Below are positions 29,506 through 41,703 of a stretch of 64,000 nt of DNA, piece after piece. The DNA is from an uncultured Acidimicrobiia bacterium (lineage in GTDB: Bacteria > Actinomycetota > Acidimicrobiia > Acidimicrobiales > AC-14), in contig CAWIIV010000008.1 in assembly GCA_963836205.1 (NCBI GenBank), positions 169,831 through 233,830 of the forward strand. The letters are read 5' to 3'. Each line of letters begins with the position of its first letter. The first letter of the stretch is position 1. Position numbers and translations under genes: made by a program. Below the pieces are notes generated by a model. That model ran no database searches. It was not told the origin of the DNA and was given only the letters and a program-made list of their open reading frames with translations.

Positions 29506-30387
29506 TCAGGGCACGAGGGGGAGGGCGAGGACCTGGGCCGGGGTCGTGCCGCCGTCCCAACGGAGCTCGACCTCCGCCGGCGGCTCCACCGCCCGCCGCA
29601 CGTAGGCGAGGGCCACCATCGCCGCCCGCCACTCCGACCGGGCCACGCTCGTGACCACGCCCACCTCCTTGTCCCCGGCATGGATGGTGGCGCCCGCCGG
29701 GGGCACCACGTCGCCGGAGACCACGACGCCCCGCAGGCGGCGGGGGACGTTGCCGCCCCGGGAGTCGATCCGGGCGACCAGTTCCTGTCCCGTGTAGCAG
29801 CCCTTGTCGAACGCCACCGAGCGCTCGACCACGCCGGCCTCGGCGGGGATGGTGGACTCGTCGAGCTCGCGTCCCATCACCGGCACCCCCGCCTCGATGC
29901 GGGCCACCTCGTAGTCGTCCACCGAGACCGTCGGGACGCCGTCGGGCGCCTCCACCTCGGCCGCGGGGCCGACGATGTCGACGCCGGGGAGGCCGGGCCA
30001 GTCGGCGGGCAGTCCCCCTTCGGGCACCGCCTCGTGGGCGCCCGGACCCCGCACGGCCAGGCACTTCCAGCCCTCGATCACCTCGATGTCGGCCTTCACC
30101 CGCAGCTTGAACCGGTTGAGGCGCTCGACCACGGCCGGCGCCCACCCCCCGTCGGTGTCGAGGACGTACTCCTCGGCTCCGGTGCGGGTGAAGCGGAGGA
30201 GGGCGACGACCTTGCCCTGGGGGTGGAGGAGCAGGGTCCACGCCGAGGTCCCGACGGGGACGTCGACCTGCTGCGACAGCTGGCCCTGGAGGAACTTCAT
30301 GGCGTCGGGTCCCGCCACCCGGACGAAGTCGCGGGGCAACTCGACCACACCCACCGTCTGGTGGAGGTCGACGGCCGTGTCGGACAT
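29506..30387 (-). CDS. YgfZ/GcvT-family folate-binding protein
   Basis: GPDAMKFLQGQ, KGCYTGQE. Confidence 0.9.
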   Translation of the reverse strand: MSDTAVDLHQTVGVVELPRDFVRVAGPDAMKFLQGQLSQQVDVPVGTSAWTLLLHPQGKVVALLRFTRTGAEEYVLDTDGGWAPAVVERLNRFKLRVKADIEVIEGWKCLAVRGPGAHEAVPEGGLPADWPGLPGVDIVGPAAEVEAPDGVPTVSVDDYEVARIEAGVPVMGRELDESTIPAEAGVVERSVAFDKGCYTGQELVARIDSRGGNVPRRLRGVVVSGDVVPPAGATIHAGDKEVGVVTSVARSEWRAAMVALAYVRRAVEPPAEVELRWDGGTTPAQVLALPLVP

Positions 30388-30388
30388 G

Positions 30389-31924
30389 TCAGGCACCGGC
30401 GGCCACCTGTCTCGAAGCCCGCATCCGGCGGGCGGCGGGGACGGCTGCGAGCAGTGCGGCCGCCTTGTTGTGGCACTCGTCGTCCTCGGCCCCGGGGTCG
30501 CTGTCGGCCACGATGCCCGCCCCCGCCTGCACCGACGCCCGCCCGTCGGCCCCCACGAACATGGTCCGGATGGAGATGGCGGTGTCGAGGTTGCCGGAGA
30601 AGTCGAGGTAGCCGACGACGCCCGCGTAGGGGCCCCGCTTGGTTGGCTCCAGGGTGTCGATGATCTCCATGGCCCGCACCTTGGGCGCGCCCGACACGGT
30701 GCCCGCGGGCAGCGTCGCCCGCAGCACGTCGATCGGCCCCTTGCCCGACGCCAGCCGCCCCGACACCTGCGACGTGAGGTGCATCACGTGGGAGTAGCGC
30801 TCCAGGGTCATCAGCTCGTCGACCTTCTCGGTGCCGAAGGTGACCACCCGGCCCACGTCGTTGCGGGCCAGGTCGACCAGCATGATGTGCTCGGCCACCT
30901 CCTTGGGGTGCTCCCGCAGCTCGCCCCCGAGGCGGCGGTCCTCCTCCGGCGTGGCTCCCCGGCGGCGGGTGCCGGCGATCGGGCGGGACACGACCACGCC
31001 GTCGCGCAGCTGCACCATGGGCTCGGGGGACGAGCCGACCACGGTGATGGCCGGGTGGCGCAGGAAGTACATGTAGGGGCTGGGGTTGACCTGGCGCAGC
31101 ACCCGGTAGACGTCGAACGGGTCGGCGCCCAGGTCGAGGTCGAAGCGTTGGGAGAGCACCACCTGGAAGATGTCGCCGGCCAGGATGTGCTCCTTGGCCA
31201 CCTCCACCGCGCCGGTGTAGGCCCGCCGCCCCACCACCGACCGCACCTCAGGCAGGGGGTCGGTCGGGTTGGGGGGAGTGGCCGGCGTGTACGGCAGGGC
31301 CCGGCCGAGGTCGTCGGCCATCGTCTGGAGGCGGACCTGGGCCTCGTCGTACAGCCGGTCGAGGGCCTCGACGTCGAGGGCGGTGCCGGCCGCCACCCGG
31401 ACGTTCTCGATGAGCACCACCCGCTGGCGCCAGTGGTCGAAGGCGGCGACGTGCCCGATCACCGACAGCACGGCGTCGGGGTGGCCGAGGTCGTCGGGCG
31501 GCGGCGACGGCAGGTGCTCGACCTCCCGCACCACGTCGTAGCCGAGGAAGCCGACCACACCGCCGTGGAGCGGAGGCAGGTCGGGCAGCACCGGCGAGCG
31601 GTAGACGTCGAGCAGGCCCTCCACCGCGGCCAGCACGCCCCGGTCGAGGGGGACGCCCGCCGGCACCACCCCGTCGGCCTCGATCCGCCCGTTGCGGGCC
31701 ACCAGGGTGACGGACGGGTCGCGACCAACGAACGAGAACCGCCCCCAGGTGTCGCCGTGCTCCACCGACTCCAACAGGAAGCTCGGGGCGGCGTCGGGAC
31801 CGTCGCCGGCGAGCTTGAGGTAGGCCGCCACCGGCGTCTCCAGGTCGGACACCAGCTCCCGCCACACGGGCACCACCGTGTGCCCTGCGGCCAGGGACCG
31901 GAAGTCGTCCCGGCTGAGATCCAC
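30389..31924 (-). CDS. trpE: Anthranilate synthase component I
   Basis: FLLESVE, GDIFQVVLSQ, NPSPYMY, PIAGTRRRG, PAGTVSGAPK. Confidence 0.95.
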   Translation of the reverse strand: MDLSRDDFRSLAAGHTVVPVWRELVSDLETPVAAYLKLAGDGPDAAPSFLLESVEHGDTWGRFSFVGRDPSVTLVARNGRIEADGVVPAGVPLDRGVLAAVEGLLDVYRSPVLPDLPPLHGGVVGFLGYDVVREVEHLPSPPPDDLGHPDAVLSVIGHVAAFDHWRQRVVLIENVRVAAGTALDVEALDRLYDEAQVRLQTMADDLGRALPYTPATPPNPTDPLPEVRSVVGRRAYTGAVEVAKEHILAGDIFQVVLSQRFDLDLGADPFDVYRVLRQVNPSPYMYFLRHPAITVVGSSPEPMVQLRDGVVVSRPIAGTRRRGATPEEDRRLGGELREHPKEVAEHIMLVDLARNDVGRVVTFGTEKVDELMTLERYSHVMHLTSQVSGRLASGKGPIDVLRATLPAGTVSGAPKVRAMEIIDTLEPTKRGPYAGVVGYLDFSGNLDTAISIRTMFVGADGRASVQAGAGIVADSDPGAEDDECHNKAAALLAAVPAARRMRASRQVAAGA

Positions 31925-32298
31925 TACTTCTCGGGGGACGGGTCGGTGCCGAAGCGCCGGTAGAAGCAGGTGCGCTCGCCGGTGTGGCAGGCACCCCGGC
32001 CCTCCTGCTCGACCACCAGGAGCAGGGTGTCGCCGTCGCAGTCGTAGTACGCCTCCCGCACGAACTGGCGGTCGCCCGAGGTCTCGCCCTTGCACCAGAA
32101 CTCCTGGCGGGACCGGCTCCAGAACCAGGTGCGGCCCGTCTCCAGGGTGCGGCGGAGGGATTCCTCGTTCATCCAGGCCAGCATGAGGACGGCGCCGGTG
32201 GCCTGCTCCTGGACGATCGCCGGAACCAGGCCCTCGGCGTTGAAGGAGACGGCGGCCAGGTCGGAGTCGACGAGGGTGAGGGGTGTGGCGGTGGGCAC
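31924..32298 (-). CDS. hisI: Phosphoribosyl-AMP cyclohydrolase
   Basis: [31 protein letters not shown]. Confidence 0.95.
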   Translation of the reverse strand: MPTATPLTLVDSDLAAVSFNAEGLVPAIVQEQATGAVLMLAWMNEESLRRTLETGRTWFWSRSRQEFWCKGETSGDRQFVREAYYDCDGDTLLLVVEQEGRGACHTGERTCFYRRFGTDPSPEK

Positions 32299-32401
32299 CC
32301 GGCCATCGTACCGGCGGCCCGGACCCGAGCGACCTTGACCTGCACGGGATCTCCATAGGGCGCACGGGACTCCGCCACATCCGGTCCGTATCCTTCGGTA
32401 G

Positions 32402-33082
<681 letters not shown>

Positions 33083-33104
33083 AGGTCACCGGCCAATGCA
33101 TCAG

Positions 33105-34106
33105 ATGAGGCCGCTCGACCCCCTGAAGTCGATCAAGATGAAGCTGGGGGCGGTGATCGTGGCCGCGGTGGCGGTGACGGTGCTGGTCGTGTCGGTGGGG
33201 CAGGGGGCGGGCATGTCGGCCGTGGCCAGCGCCCTGCTGGCGGGTGCGTTGGCCCTGAGCCTGGTCCAGATCCTGGCCCGGGGGATGACGTCGCCCCTGC
33301 GGGAGATGGCCTCCGCGGCCCGGGCCATGGCCAAGGGCGACTACGGCCGGCGGGTGACGGCCACCTCCCGCGACGAGGTGGGTGAGCTGGCCCGGGCCTT
33401 CAACGCCATGGCCGTGCAGCTGGCCGAGGTCGACCGGGTGCGGCGGGACCTGGTGGCCAACGTGTCCCACGAGCTGCGCACGCCCATCACCGCCCTGCGG
33501 GCCAACCTGGAGAACCTGGTCGACGGGGTGGAGCCGGCCGACGCCGACACGTTGCGCACCATGCTCCGCCAGACCGAGCGCCTGGGCGGGCTGGTGGCCC
33601 AGCTCCTCGACCTGTCCCGCCTGGAGTCGGGGTCGGTCCCGCTGCAACGCCAGCCGTTCGCGGTGGAGGCGGTGCTGGAGGACGCGGCGTCGGAGTCCCG
33701 CCTCCATGCGCCCGGGGTGGAGGTGTCGGTGCTGGTCGAGGCGCCCGACCCGGTGGCCGACGGCGACCCCGCCCGCGTCCACCAGGTGGTGGCCAACCTG
33801 CTCGACAACGCCGTGCGCTACTCCCCCGCGGGCGGCACCGTCGAGCTGTCGGCCCGCCGGGGCAAGGGCACCGTCACCATCGAGGTCCGCGACCACGGCC
33901 CCGGGATCAGCGACGAGGACTCCTCCCGGGTCTTCGAGCGCTTCTACCGGGCCGACGCGTCCCGGTCGTCGGGCCACGGGGGGGCGGGCCTCGGCCTGGC
34001 CATCGCCCGGTGGATCGTCGACCTCCACGGGGGCGAGATCCGGGCCGAACGGGCCCAGCCCACCGGCTGCCGCATGGTGGTCGTCCTCCCCGCGGGCCGG
34101 CTGTGA
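33105..34106 (+). CDS. HAMP sensor histidine kinase with a very short input region
   Basis: SHELRTP, NLLDNAVRY, GAGLGLAI; two closely spaced TMs. Confidence 0.92.
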   Translation: MRPLDPLKSIKMKLGAVIVAAVAVTVLVVSVGQGAGMSAVASALLAGALALSLVQILARGMTSPLREMASAARAMAKGDYGRRVTATSRDEVGELARAFNAMAVQLAEVDRVRRDLVANVSHELRTPITALRANLENLVDGVEPADADTLRTMLRQTERLGGLVAQLLDLSRLESGSVPLQRQPFAVEAVLEDAASESRLHAPGVEVSVLVEAPDPVADGDPARVHQVVANLLDNAVRYSPAGGTVELSARRGKGTVTIEVRDHGPGISDEDSSRVFERFYRADASRSSGHGGAGLGLAIARWIVDLHGGEIRAERAQPTGCRMVVVLPAGRL

Positions 34107-34191
34107 CCGGCGGCGCCCCCCTCTCTGGAGCGAAAACGACAGCCACGGTCGCTTTTGCACCACAAAGCCGAACCCGGATCGAGGTCCCGTC

Positions 34192-35656
34192 ATGAACACG
34201 CTCGAGGAACTGCACGACAGCCTGGCCGTGCGCCGGCCGGCCGACGGGGCCACCCTGGCCGTGGTCGGGGCGGCGGCGGTGCTGACCGACGTCGCCGTGC
34301 GCTCGCGGCCTCGACGGGCTGGCCGGCGCCCTGCTGGTGGCCGTGGTGGCCGGCGGGCTGGTGCTGAGCGGCCGGGTGGCCAACCCCCAGGCCCGGGCCC
34401 TGGCCGCGGCGGCCATTGCCTTCGGCGTCTGCCTGGCCGCCCGTACCAGCCCGTGGCTGCTCCCCTTCGACGTGCTCGCGGTCGGGGGGCTGTTGGTGCT
34501 GGCGGCGTCGTTCGCCTCCGGGGGCAGCGTCCTCGACCTCACCGTGCCCGCCGCGGTCACCCGGGCAATCCACGCGGTGGCCCACGGGCTCACCGCACCC
34601 GCCTTCCTGGTGGCCGGCCGGGGCCGGGTGACGTCCCGGCGGGCGGCGGCCACCGCCCGGGGCCTGGTGCTGGCCGTCCCCCTCCTCCTGGTGCTGGGCG
34701 TGCTCCTGGCCGAGGCCGACGCCGTCTTCGCCGGCTTCTTCTCCGGCTGGGACCTGCTGACCCCCGTCGAGCACGGTGTGCTGCTGATCATCGGGGCGTG
34801 GGGCATGGCCGGTCTCCTTCGGTTGGCCTCGGCCGCGCCGGCACCGGCGCTGCCCCGCGTCGGCCTCCGGCTCGGCCGCACCGAGGCCACCATCGTGCTG
34901 GCCTCGGTGGTGGCGCTGTTCGCCGCCTTCGCCGTGGCCCAGCTGGTGGCCGCGTCCGAGGGCGGTCGCCACGTGATCGAGACCGCCGGCCTCACCTACG
35001 CCGAGTACGCCCGCACCGGGTTCTTCCAGCTGCTCGCGGTGGCCGCCATCACCCTGGCCGTGCTGCTCGGGCTGCGGGGGGCCACCGACCTGTCCGAACC
35101 CGCCGCCCGCCGCCGGTTCACCGTGTTGGCGGAGGCGGCGGTGGCGCTGACCCTCGTGATCGTGGTGGTCGCCGTCGCCCGCCTCGGCCTCTACGAGGAC
35201 GCCTTCGGCCTGACCATGCTGCGGCTGTACAGCAAGGTGTTCGCCGTCTGGATCGGCGTCGTGTTCGTCCTGCTGGCCCTCGACCTGGCCGGCCTCGGCC
35301 GGCGCCGGACGTGGCTGCCGTCGACGGCGGTGGCCGCCGGCCTGGTCGCCCTGTTCGCCCTCAACGTGGTCAACCCGGAGGCGGTGGTGGTCCGCCACAA
35401 CGTGGCCTTCGCCGAGCGCAGCGGGCGGTTCGACCCGGTGTACCTCACCGATCTGTCCGACGACGCCGTCCCTGCCCTGGTCGACGCCCTCCCCCGCCTC
35501 GACCCGGAGGCCCGCCGGATGGTGCTGGCCCGGGTGTGCACCATGGGGTCCGCCGGCCAACCGGCCCGGTCGTGGTGGTCGTTCAACGGCGCCCGGGACG
35601 CGGCCGTCGAGGCCCGCAACCAGGTGTGCGCCGCTCCCGGCCCCCGGGTGCCCTAG
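34192..35656 (+). CDS. DUF4173/DUF4153-like membrane protein (apparent +1 frameshift near 34306)
   Basis: LTYAEYARTGFFQL, RLGLYEDAFGLTMLR, YLTDLSDDAVP. Confidence 0.75.
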
Positions 35657-36245
35657 GAGGCGGACAGCTCCAACGCGACCGGAACGTCCCCCGGGGCTAT
35701 CCGGCGGTGCTGCCGTTGCCGGTAGAGGGCGGCGTCGGCCCGGGCGACGAGGTCCTCGGACGAGTCGCCCGGCCGCAGCTCGGCGATGCCGATCGTCACC
35801 GACCCGTGCTCGGGAGCCTGGGCCAGGGCCTGGTTCACGCCTGCGAGGCGCTTGGTGGCGGCGGCGGTGCTCAGGCCGGGGACCACGCAGACGAACTCGT
35901 CGCCGCCGTAGCGGATGATCACGTCGTAGGAGCGGAGGGTCGCCCGGATGGTGGCCGCGACCTCGACCAGCATCCGGTCACCGGCCGCGTGGCCCGGTCC
36001 GGTCGCCCGTCGACCATGAACTGCGACAGGAGGCCGGCGGCGTCGACGGCCACGAAGCGACCCTCGTCGATGGCGGTGTCGAGGTCGATCCCGGCGGCCC
36101 GGAAGGAGGCGTCGAAAGGTGTCGGTGGACGGGTGTCGCCACGATCACGGTGGCGTCGCCGGCGAGGAGGGAGGGCGCCAACGTGGCGCAGACGGTGCTG
36201 ACGAGGAACGCCTCCGTGTCGTAGAACCCGACGACATGGTCGCCA
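35653..36245 (-). pseudogene. Degraded MEDS-sensor/GGDEF diguanylate cyclase
   Basis: HVVGFYDTEAFL..VIVATPVH (MEDS-like) joined out of frame to GHAAGDRML..RYGGDEF..ADAALY; GGDEF N-terminal strand missing. Confidence 0.7.
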
Positions 36246-36359
36246 CGGCCCTTGGCCCCGGTGTCGGCCAGGCTCGGAGGGTCCGCTACCCCTCTTTGTC
36301 GACCCGTCGCCGCCGCAACTGGAGCGCGGCGTGGGGCCGCGCTCCAGTTGGCACCCGCG

Positions 36360-37172
36360 TCAGCCCACCCGGCGGCGGGCGGTGACCACGGCCAACCCCA
36401 CGAACACGGCGGCCACCAGCAGCGGCCACCACAGGGAGTGGGGGTCGTTGGTCGACCCCAGCCACGACTGACGGAGGCCGCCCACCAGGTGGCTGAGGGG
36501 CAGGACGTCGGAGATCGTCCGCATGGCCCCGGTCATGACGGCCCGGGGCGGGCCGCCGCCGCCGAGGAGGAGCATCGGGACGAAGACGAGGTTGCCGAGG
36601 GCGTTGGCCGACCGTCCCGACGGGAGGAGCGACCCGAGGGCGACGCCGATGGCGACGAAACAGGCCAGCCCGGCCACGTACCAGCCGAGGACGCCGACGG
36701 GGTCGGCCGGCATGCGCAGGCCGTAGATGGCGGCCCCCGCCACCAGCACCGTCGCCGCCGCCACCGTGCCCAGCACCGCCCCCAGGAGGACCTCCGACGT
36801 CACCAGCACGCCCGCGCTCAGGCCCGACGACCGGAACCGCCGCAGCACTCCCAGCTCCCGGTGGGTCGCCATGTGCACCGGGACGGTGATGAGGCCCATG
36901 GCGGCCAGGACGACACCGACGTAGCCGGCCAGGTAGTGCTGGCTGGGCGCCACCCCGGCGAACTCGGGATCGGGGGCCTGGCCGAAGACGCCTGCCAGGA
37001 CGAGCACGGTGCCGAGCGGGAAGCCGATGAGGGCGACGGCCACCATCGGCTCCCGGAGGACGAGCCGCAGCTCGGCCCCGGTGAGGCGTAGCACGGAGCG
37101 CAGGCGGGGCGGGCGCCCCCCGGGGGCGTTGCCGACAGTCGCGGGGGCAGTGGGTTGGACGAGGGCGGTCAT
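36360..37172 (-). CDS. ABC-2 type transporter permease
   Basis: RELGVLRRFR, multiple TMs, LPLSH; ATGA-coupled to the ATPase. Confidence 0.88.
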   Translation of the reverse strand: MTALVQPTAPATVGNAPGGRPPRLRSVLRLTGAELRLVLREPMVAVALIGFPLGTVLVLAGVFGQAPDPEFAGVAPSQHYLAGYVGVVLAAMGLITVPVHMATHRELGVLRRFRSSGLSAGVLVTSEVLLGAVLGTVAAATVLVAGAAIYGLRMPADPVGVLGWYVAGLACFVAIGVALGSLLPSGRSANALGNLVFVPMLLLGGGGPPRAVMTGAMRTISDVLPLSHLVGGLRQSWLGSTNDPHSLWWPLLVAAVFVGLAVVTARRRVG

Positions 37173-38167
37173 GACGAGGCCTCCTGGGTGAGGGCCCTGG
37201 CTGTGAGGGCCCTGGCTGTGAGGGCCCTGGCTGTGAGGGCAATGAAGCGGTCTTCGAGCGAGGGGCGGTGGGCCCGGAGGTCGAGCGGCGGGCGGCCGAG
37301 GACGACCAGGCGGGCGCCGACGTGGGCCAGCACCGGGCCCGTGCCGGTCACCCGGACCTCGGGGCCGTGGCGGTCGACCCGGGTGACGCCGGGCAGGCGG
37401 CGGAGGGTGGAGACGTCGAGGTCGGCGTCGGTGAACGTCACCGTCGTGGTGCCCCCCAGCTCGGCGACGATCGACGCCGGCGTGCCGTCGGCCACCACCT
37501 GTCCCCGGTCGAGGACGACGATGTGGTCGCACAGGCGCTCGGCCTCCTCCACGTCGTGGGTGACGAGGACGACGGTGGTGCCGCGGTCGCGGACCCGGCG
37601 GACCACGTCCCACGTGCGCCGACGGCCGACCGGATCGAGGTTCTGGGTGAGCTCGTCGAGGAAGACGAGCCGAGGCCGGCCGACGAGGGCCAGGGCCACG
37701 AACAGGCGCTGGCGCTGCCCACCCGACAGCCCGCCGAACGGCCGTCGCCACAAGTCGTCCAGCTGCCACTCCCGGGCCAGCTCGACGAGGGGGCGGGGCG
37801 ACGGGTGGAGCGAGGCGAACAGCCGCAGCGCCTCCCCCACCCGCATGCGCTCGGGCAGGGCCGCGTCCTGGAGTTGGGCGCCGACGATGCGGCGGAGGCG
37901 GTCGCCGGCCGTGGACGGGTCGAGGCCGAGGACCGAGATCTCCCCGCCGTCGGCCCGGCGCAGACCCTGGAGGATCTCGACGGTGGTCGTCTTCCCCGCC
38001 CCGTTGGTGCCCAGGAGGCCGAACAGCTCGCCTTCCCGGACGGTGAAGGAGATGCCGCCGAGCACCTCGGTGGACCCGTAGCGCTTCCGGAGGTGGCGGA
38101 CCTCGATGACGGGGCCGTCGCCCAGCCCGAGGCGCTCGGGGGATGGTGAGAGTGTCGTCGTGGACAT
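37169..38167 (-). CDS. ABC exporter ATP-binding protein
   Basis: GTNGAGKTT, LSGGQRQR, VFLDE, VTHD; C-terminal (ALTAR)n from a 15-bp tandem repeat at 37188-37240. Confidence 0.92.
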   Translation of the reverse strand: MSTTTLSPSPERLGLGDGPVIEVRHLRKRYGSTEVLGGISFTVREGELFGLLGTNGAGKTTTVEILQGLRRADGGEISVLGLDPSTAGDRLRRIVGAQLQDAALPERMRVGEALRLFASLHPSPRPLVELAREWQLDDLWRRPFGGLSGGQRQRLFVALALVGRPRLVFLDELTQNLDPVGRRRTWDVVRRVRDRGTTVVLVTHDVEEAERLCDHIVVLDRGQVVADGTPASIVAELGGTTTVTFTDADLDVSTLRRLPGVTRVDRHGPEVRVTGTGPVLAHVGARLVVLGRPPLDLRAHRPSLEDRFIALTARALTARALTARALTQEASS

Positions 38168-38216
38168 GCGGCCATCGTGCGCCCACCACCCCCTGGGGCG
38201 CATCGGGCCAGGGTCG

Positions 38217-38888
38217 CTACGTCGTCTCCGCCCCCGGTCGGGGTTCGACGATCCCGTGGTCGTAGGCGAAGACGATGGCCGCGGCCCGGTCGCGAACGCC
38301 CAGCTTGGAGAAGATGGCCCCCACGTGGGTCTTGACGGTGGCCTCGCTCACGAACAGCGACGCCCCGATCTCGGTGTTGGTCGCGCCCCGGGCCATGTGG
38401 CGGAGGACGTCGTGCTCCCGGTCGGTGAGCTGCTCGGCCCGGGCCGCCTCCACCAGCCGGGGCCGTACGTTCGTCCGGAACGCCTGGAGCACCCGGGGCG
38501 CGACCTTCGGGTCGAGCCAGGCGGCCCCGCCGGCGACGGCCCGGGCCGCGGCCAGCAGGTCCTCGGCCGAGGCGTCCTTGAGGATGAACCCGGCCGCGCC
38601 CGCGTCGAGGGCCCCCCACAGGGCGTCGTCGTCGTCGAACGTGGTCAGGACGAGGATCGGGGGCTCGTCCGCCACCGCCCGCAGGCGGCGGGTGGCCTCC
38701 ACCCCGTCGACCCGGCGCATGCGCACGTCGAGCAGGACCAGGTCGGGCCGGTGGCGGGCGACGGCGTCGACCACCTGGTCGCCGTCGTCGCACTCCTCGA
38801 CCACGGCGAAGCCGTCGTCCGGCCCCAGGATGCGAGCCACCCCCGCCCGCACCACCGCCTGGTCGTCGACGATCACGACCCTGATCAC
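38217..38888 (-). CDS. NarL/LuxR-family response regulator
   Basis: VIVDDQ, LTTFDDD, LTDREHDVL, TVKTHV. Confidence 0.93.
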   Translation of the reverse strand: MIRVVIVDDQAVVRAGVARILGPDDGFAVVEECDDGDQVVDAVARHRPDLVLLDVRMRRVDGVEATRRLRAVADEPPILVLTTFDDDDALWGALDAGAAGFILKDASAEDLLAAARAVAGGAAWLDPKVAPRVLQAFRTNVRPRLVEAARAEQLTDREHDVLRHMARGATNTEIGASLFVSEATVKTHVGAIFSKLGVRDRAAAIVFAYDHGIVEPRPGAETT

Positions 38889-40045
38889 GGGGCGTCCACC
38901 ACCACTGAAGGTAGGCGGGCGTCGACCCGCCACCCGTCGGCCGTGGGTCCCGCGTCGAGATCGCCGCCCAGGGCCCGGGCCCGCTCCCGCATCCCGACCA
39001 GCCCGAAGTGGCCGTCGTTCGGATCGGGCGGCGCGCCGGGACGGCCGCGGTCGGCCACGACCAGGCGCACCTCGCGTGCGTCGACCGCCACGGCCAGCTC
39101 CACCCGGTTCTCCGGAGCGTGGCGGGCGACGTTGGCCAGTGCCTCCCGAGCGATGCGGTGGAGGGCGGTTCCCACTGCTCCCTCCAGCGCTGCGACCTGC
39201 TCGGGGACGGTGGCGTCGACCCGGAGCCCGGCCCGCTGGTATTCGTCGACCAGGCCGGCGAGGTCGGCCGCCCCGGCCAGGGACGGGTCGGTCCCCCGCT
39301 CGTGGGTGCGCAGGGCGGCCACCGTCGCCCGGATCTGGTCGAGGCTCGACCGGCCCACCGACTCCGCGTCGCGCAAGGCCCGCTCGGCCTCGTCGACGTC
39401 GCGGCGCAGCACATGGCGGGCCCCGGTGACGTGCAGGAGCATGGCTGCCAGGGTGTGGCCGGCCAGGTCGTGCAGCTCCCGGGCGATGCGGCGCCGTTCT
39501 TCGGCCACCGCCTGCTCGGCCAGCGCCCGCCGGGCCCGCCCGAGCTGCTCGATCAGGTCCTGCTTGCGGCGCAGCTCCCGGCCCATGGCGAAGGTGAACA
39601 CCGCGGCCGCGGCCCACGGCGTCCAGTTGATGCCCGAATCGGGCGCGAAGACGTCGGCGATCAGCCACGGGGTGACGGCGGTGACGGCGAGGAGCACGAC
39701 CGCCCTGGTCAGCGACCGGAGGTGCCACGCCGCGTAGAGGAGCATCACCACCGGCAGGAACTGGGCCGCCTCGAGGTCGCCGTCGCCGGTGGCCACGGCG
39801 AGCGCGACCGACCCGACCACGACCGCCCCGAACACCTCCGCCGGCATGCGGGACCACAGGGCTCGGACCACGAAGGCCGCGACCGCGGGGACGAGCAGGA
39901 GCAGGGCGGCGCCCGAGCCGGGGTCGGTGAGCTGGGCGATGGCGGAGATGGCGACCGCGCTGCCCACGAGGAACCACCGCTGGTCGGACCCCGTCGGCAC
40001 CTCCGGCCGCCACAGGTCCGCTCGCCACCGGCTCGACCAGTCCAT
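38885..40045 (-). CDS. HisKA_3 membrane sensor kinase
   Basis: ERRRIARELHD, EALANVARHA, GLVGMRER. Confidence 0.92.
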   Translation of the reverse strand: MDWSSRWRADLWRPEVPTGSDQRWFLVGSAVAISAIAQLTDPGSGAALLLLVPAVAAFVVRALWSRMPAEVFGAVVVGSVALAVATGDGDLEAAQFLPVVMLLYAAWHLRSLTRAVVLLAVTAVTPWLIADVFAPDSGINWTPWAAAAVFTFAMGRELRRKQDLIEQLGRARRALAEQAVAEERRRIARELHDLAGHTLAAMLLHVTGARHVLRRDVDEAERALRDAESVGRSSLDQIRATVAALRTHERGTDPSLAGAADLAGLVDEYQRAGLRVDATVPEQVAALEGAVGTALHRIAREALANVARHAPENRVELAVAVDAREVRLVVADRGRPGAPPDPNDGHFGLVGMRERARALGGDLDAGPTADGWRVDARLPSVVVDAP

Positions 40046-40213
40046 CGAATCGAGGCTAGGGCGGCGCTCGGCGGACGTCATCGGCCCGGGGACGGAACGA
40101 CGTCCTCCCAGGGGCGGAGTTGCGAGGGGCGGCTTCGGTTCGGATCGTCCGTAGCGGGGTGATCTGACCGAAAGCGGCCGATTCACCCCGATTCGGCTGC
40201 GCCGAACCGTGGC

Positions 40214-40965
<752 letters not shown>

Positions 40966-40984
<19 letters not shown>

Positions 40985-41703
40985 GCGGCCATCGCCTCCT
41001 CCACCGTGAACAGCCCGTCGTGGAGGGCCTTGCCCACGATCGCCCCCGCCAGCCGACGCCCCCCGACTTCGAGCGTGGCCAGGGCGACCAGATCCGCCGC
41101 CGAACCCACCCCGCCGGATGCGATCACGTCGACCGCGGTCGCCTCGAGCACCGCGGCCAGGCCGTCGAGGTCGGGGCCGGCGAAGGTGCCGTCACGGGCG
41201 ATCTCGGTGACGACGAAGGCGGCCACGCCACAGTCCTCGAAGCGGGCCAGGAGGTCGAAGAGGTCGACGCCCGAGCCCTCCAGCCAGCCCCGGACAGCCG
41301 CCACCCGGCCCCGCACGTCGATCCCCACCGCCACCTGGTGGTGGGTGGCCAGGTCGCGCACCAGCTGCGGGTTCTCGACCGCGGCCGTCCCGATCACCAC
41401 CCGGTGGGCGCCGGCCTCAAGGAGGGCCTCGGCCGACGCCTGGTCGCGCACCCCCCCGCCGGACTGGATGCGCGCCGCCCCGCCGACCGCGGCGGCGATC
41501 GCCGCGATCACGGGCCGGTTCTCGGGAGTGCCGGTGCGGGCCGCGTCCAGGTCGACCAGATGGATCCACGGGGCGCCGGCGGCGACGAACTCCAAGGCCA
41601 CGGTCACCGGGTCCGTGCCGTACGCCGTCTCCTGGGAGAAATCACCCTGGTAGAGACGGACCGTACGACCGGCCCGGAGGTCAATCGCCGGGTACAGATC
41701 CAA
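40966..41703 (-). CDS. hisA: ProFAR isomerase
   Basis: PAIDL, HLVDLD, GGGVRD, IASGGV. Confidence 0.93.

Noticed and set aside
37188-37240. 15-bp tandem repeat as a phase-variation switch
   Set aside because: Unit length is a multiple of 3 at the extreme C-terminus, so copy change keeps frame and coupling; probably neutral slippage
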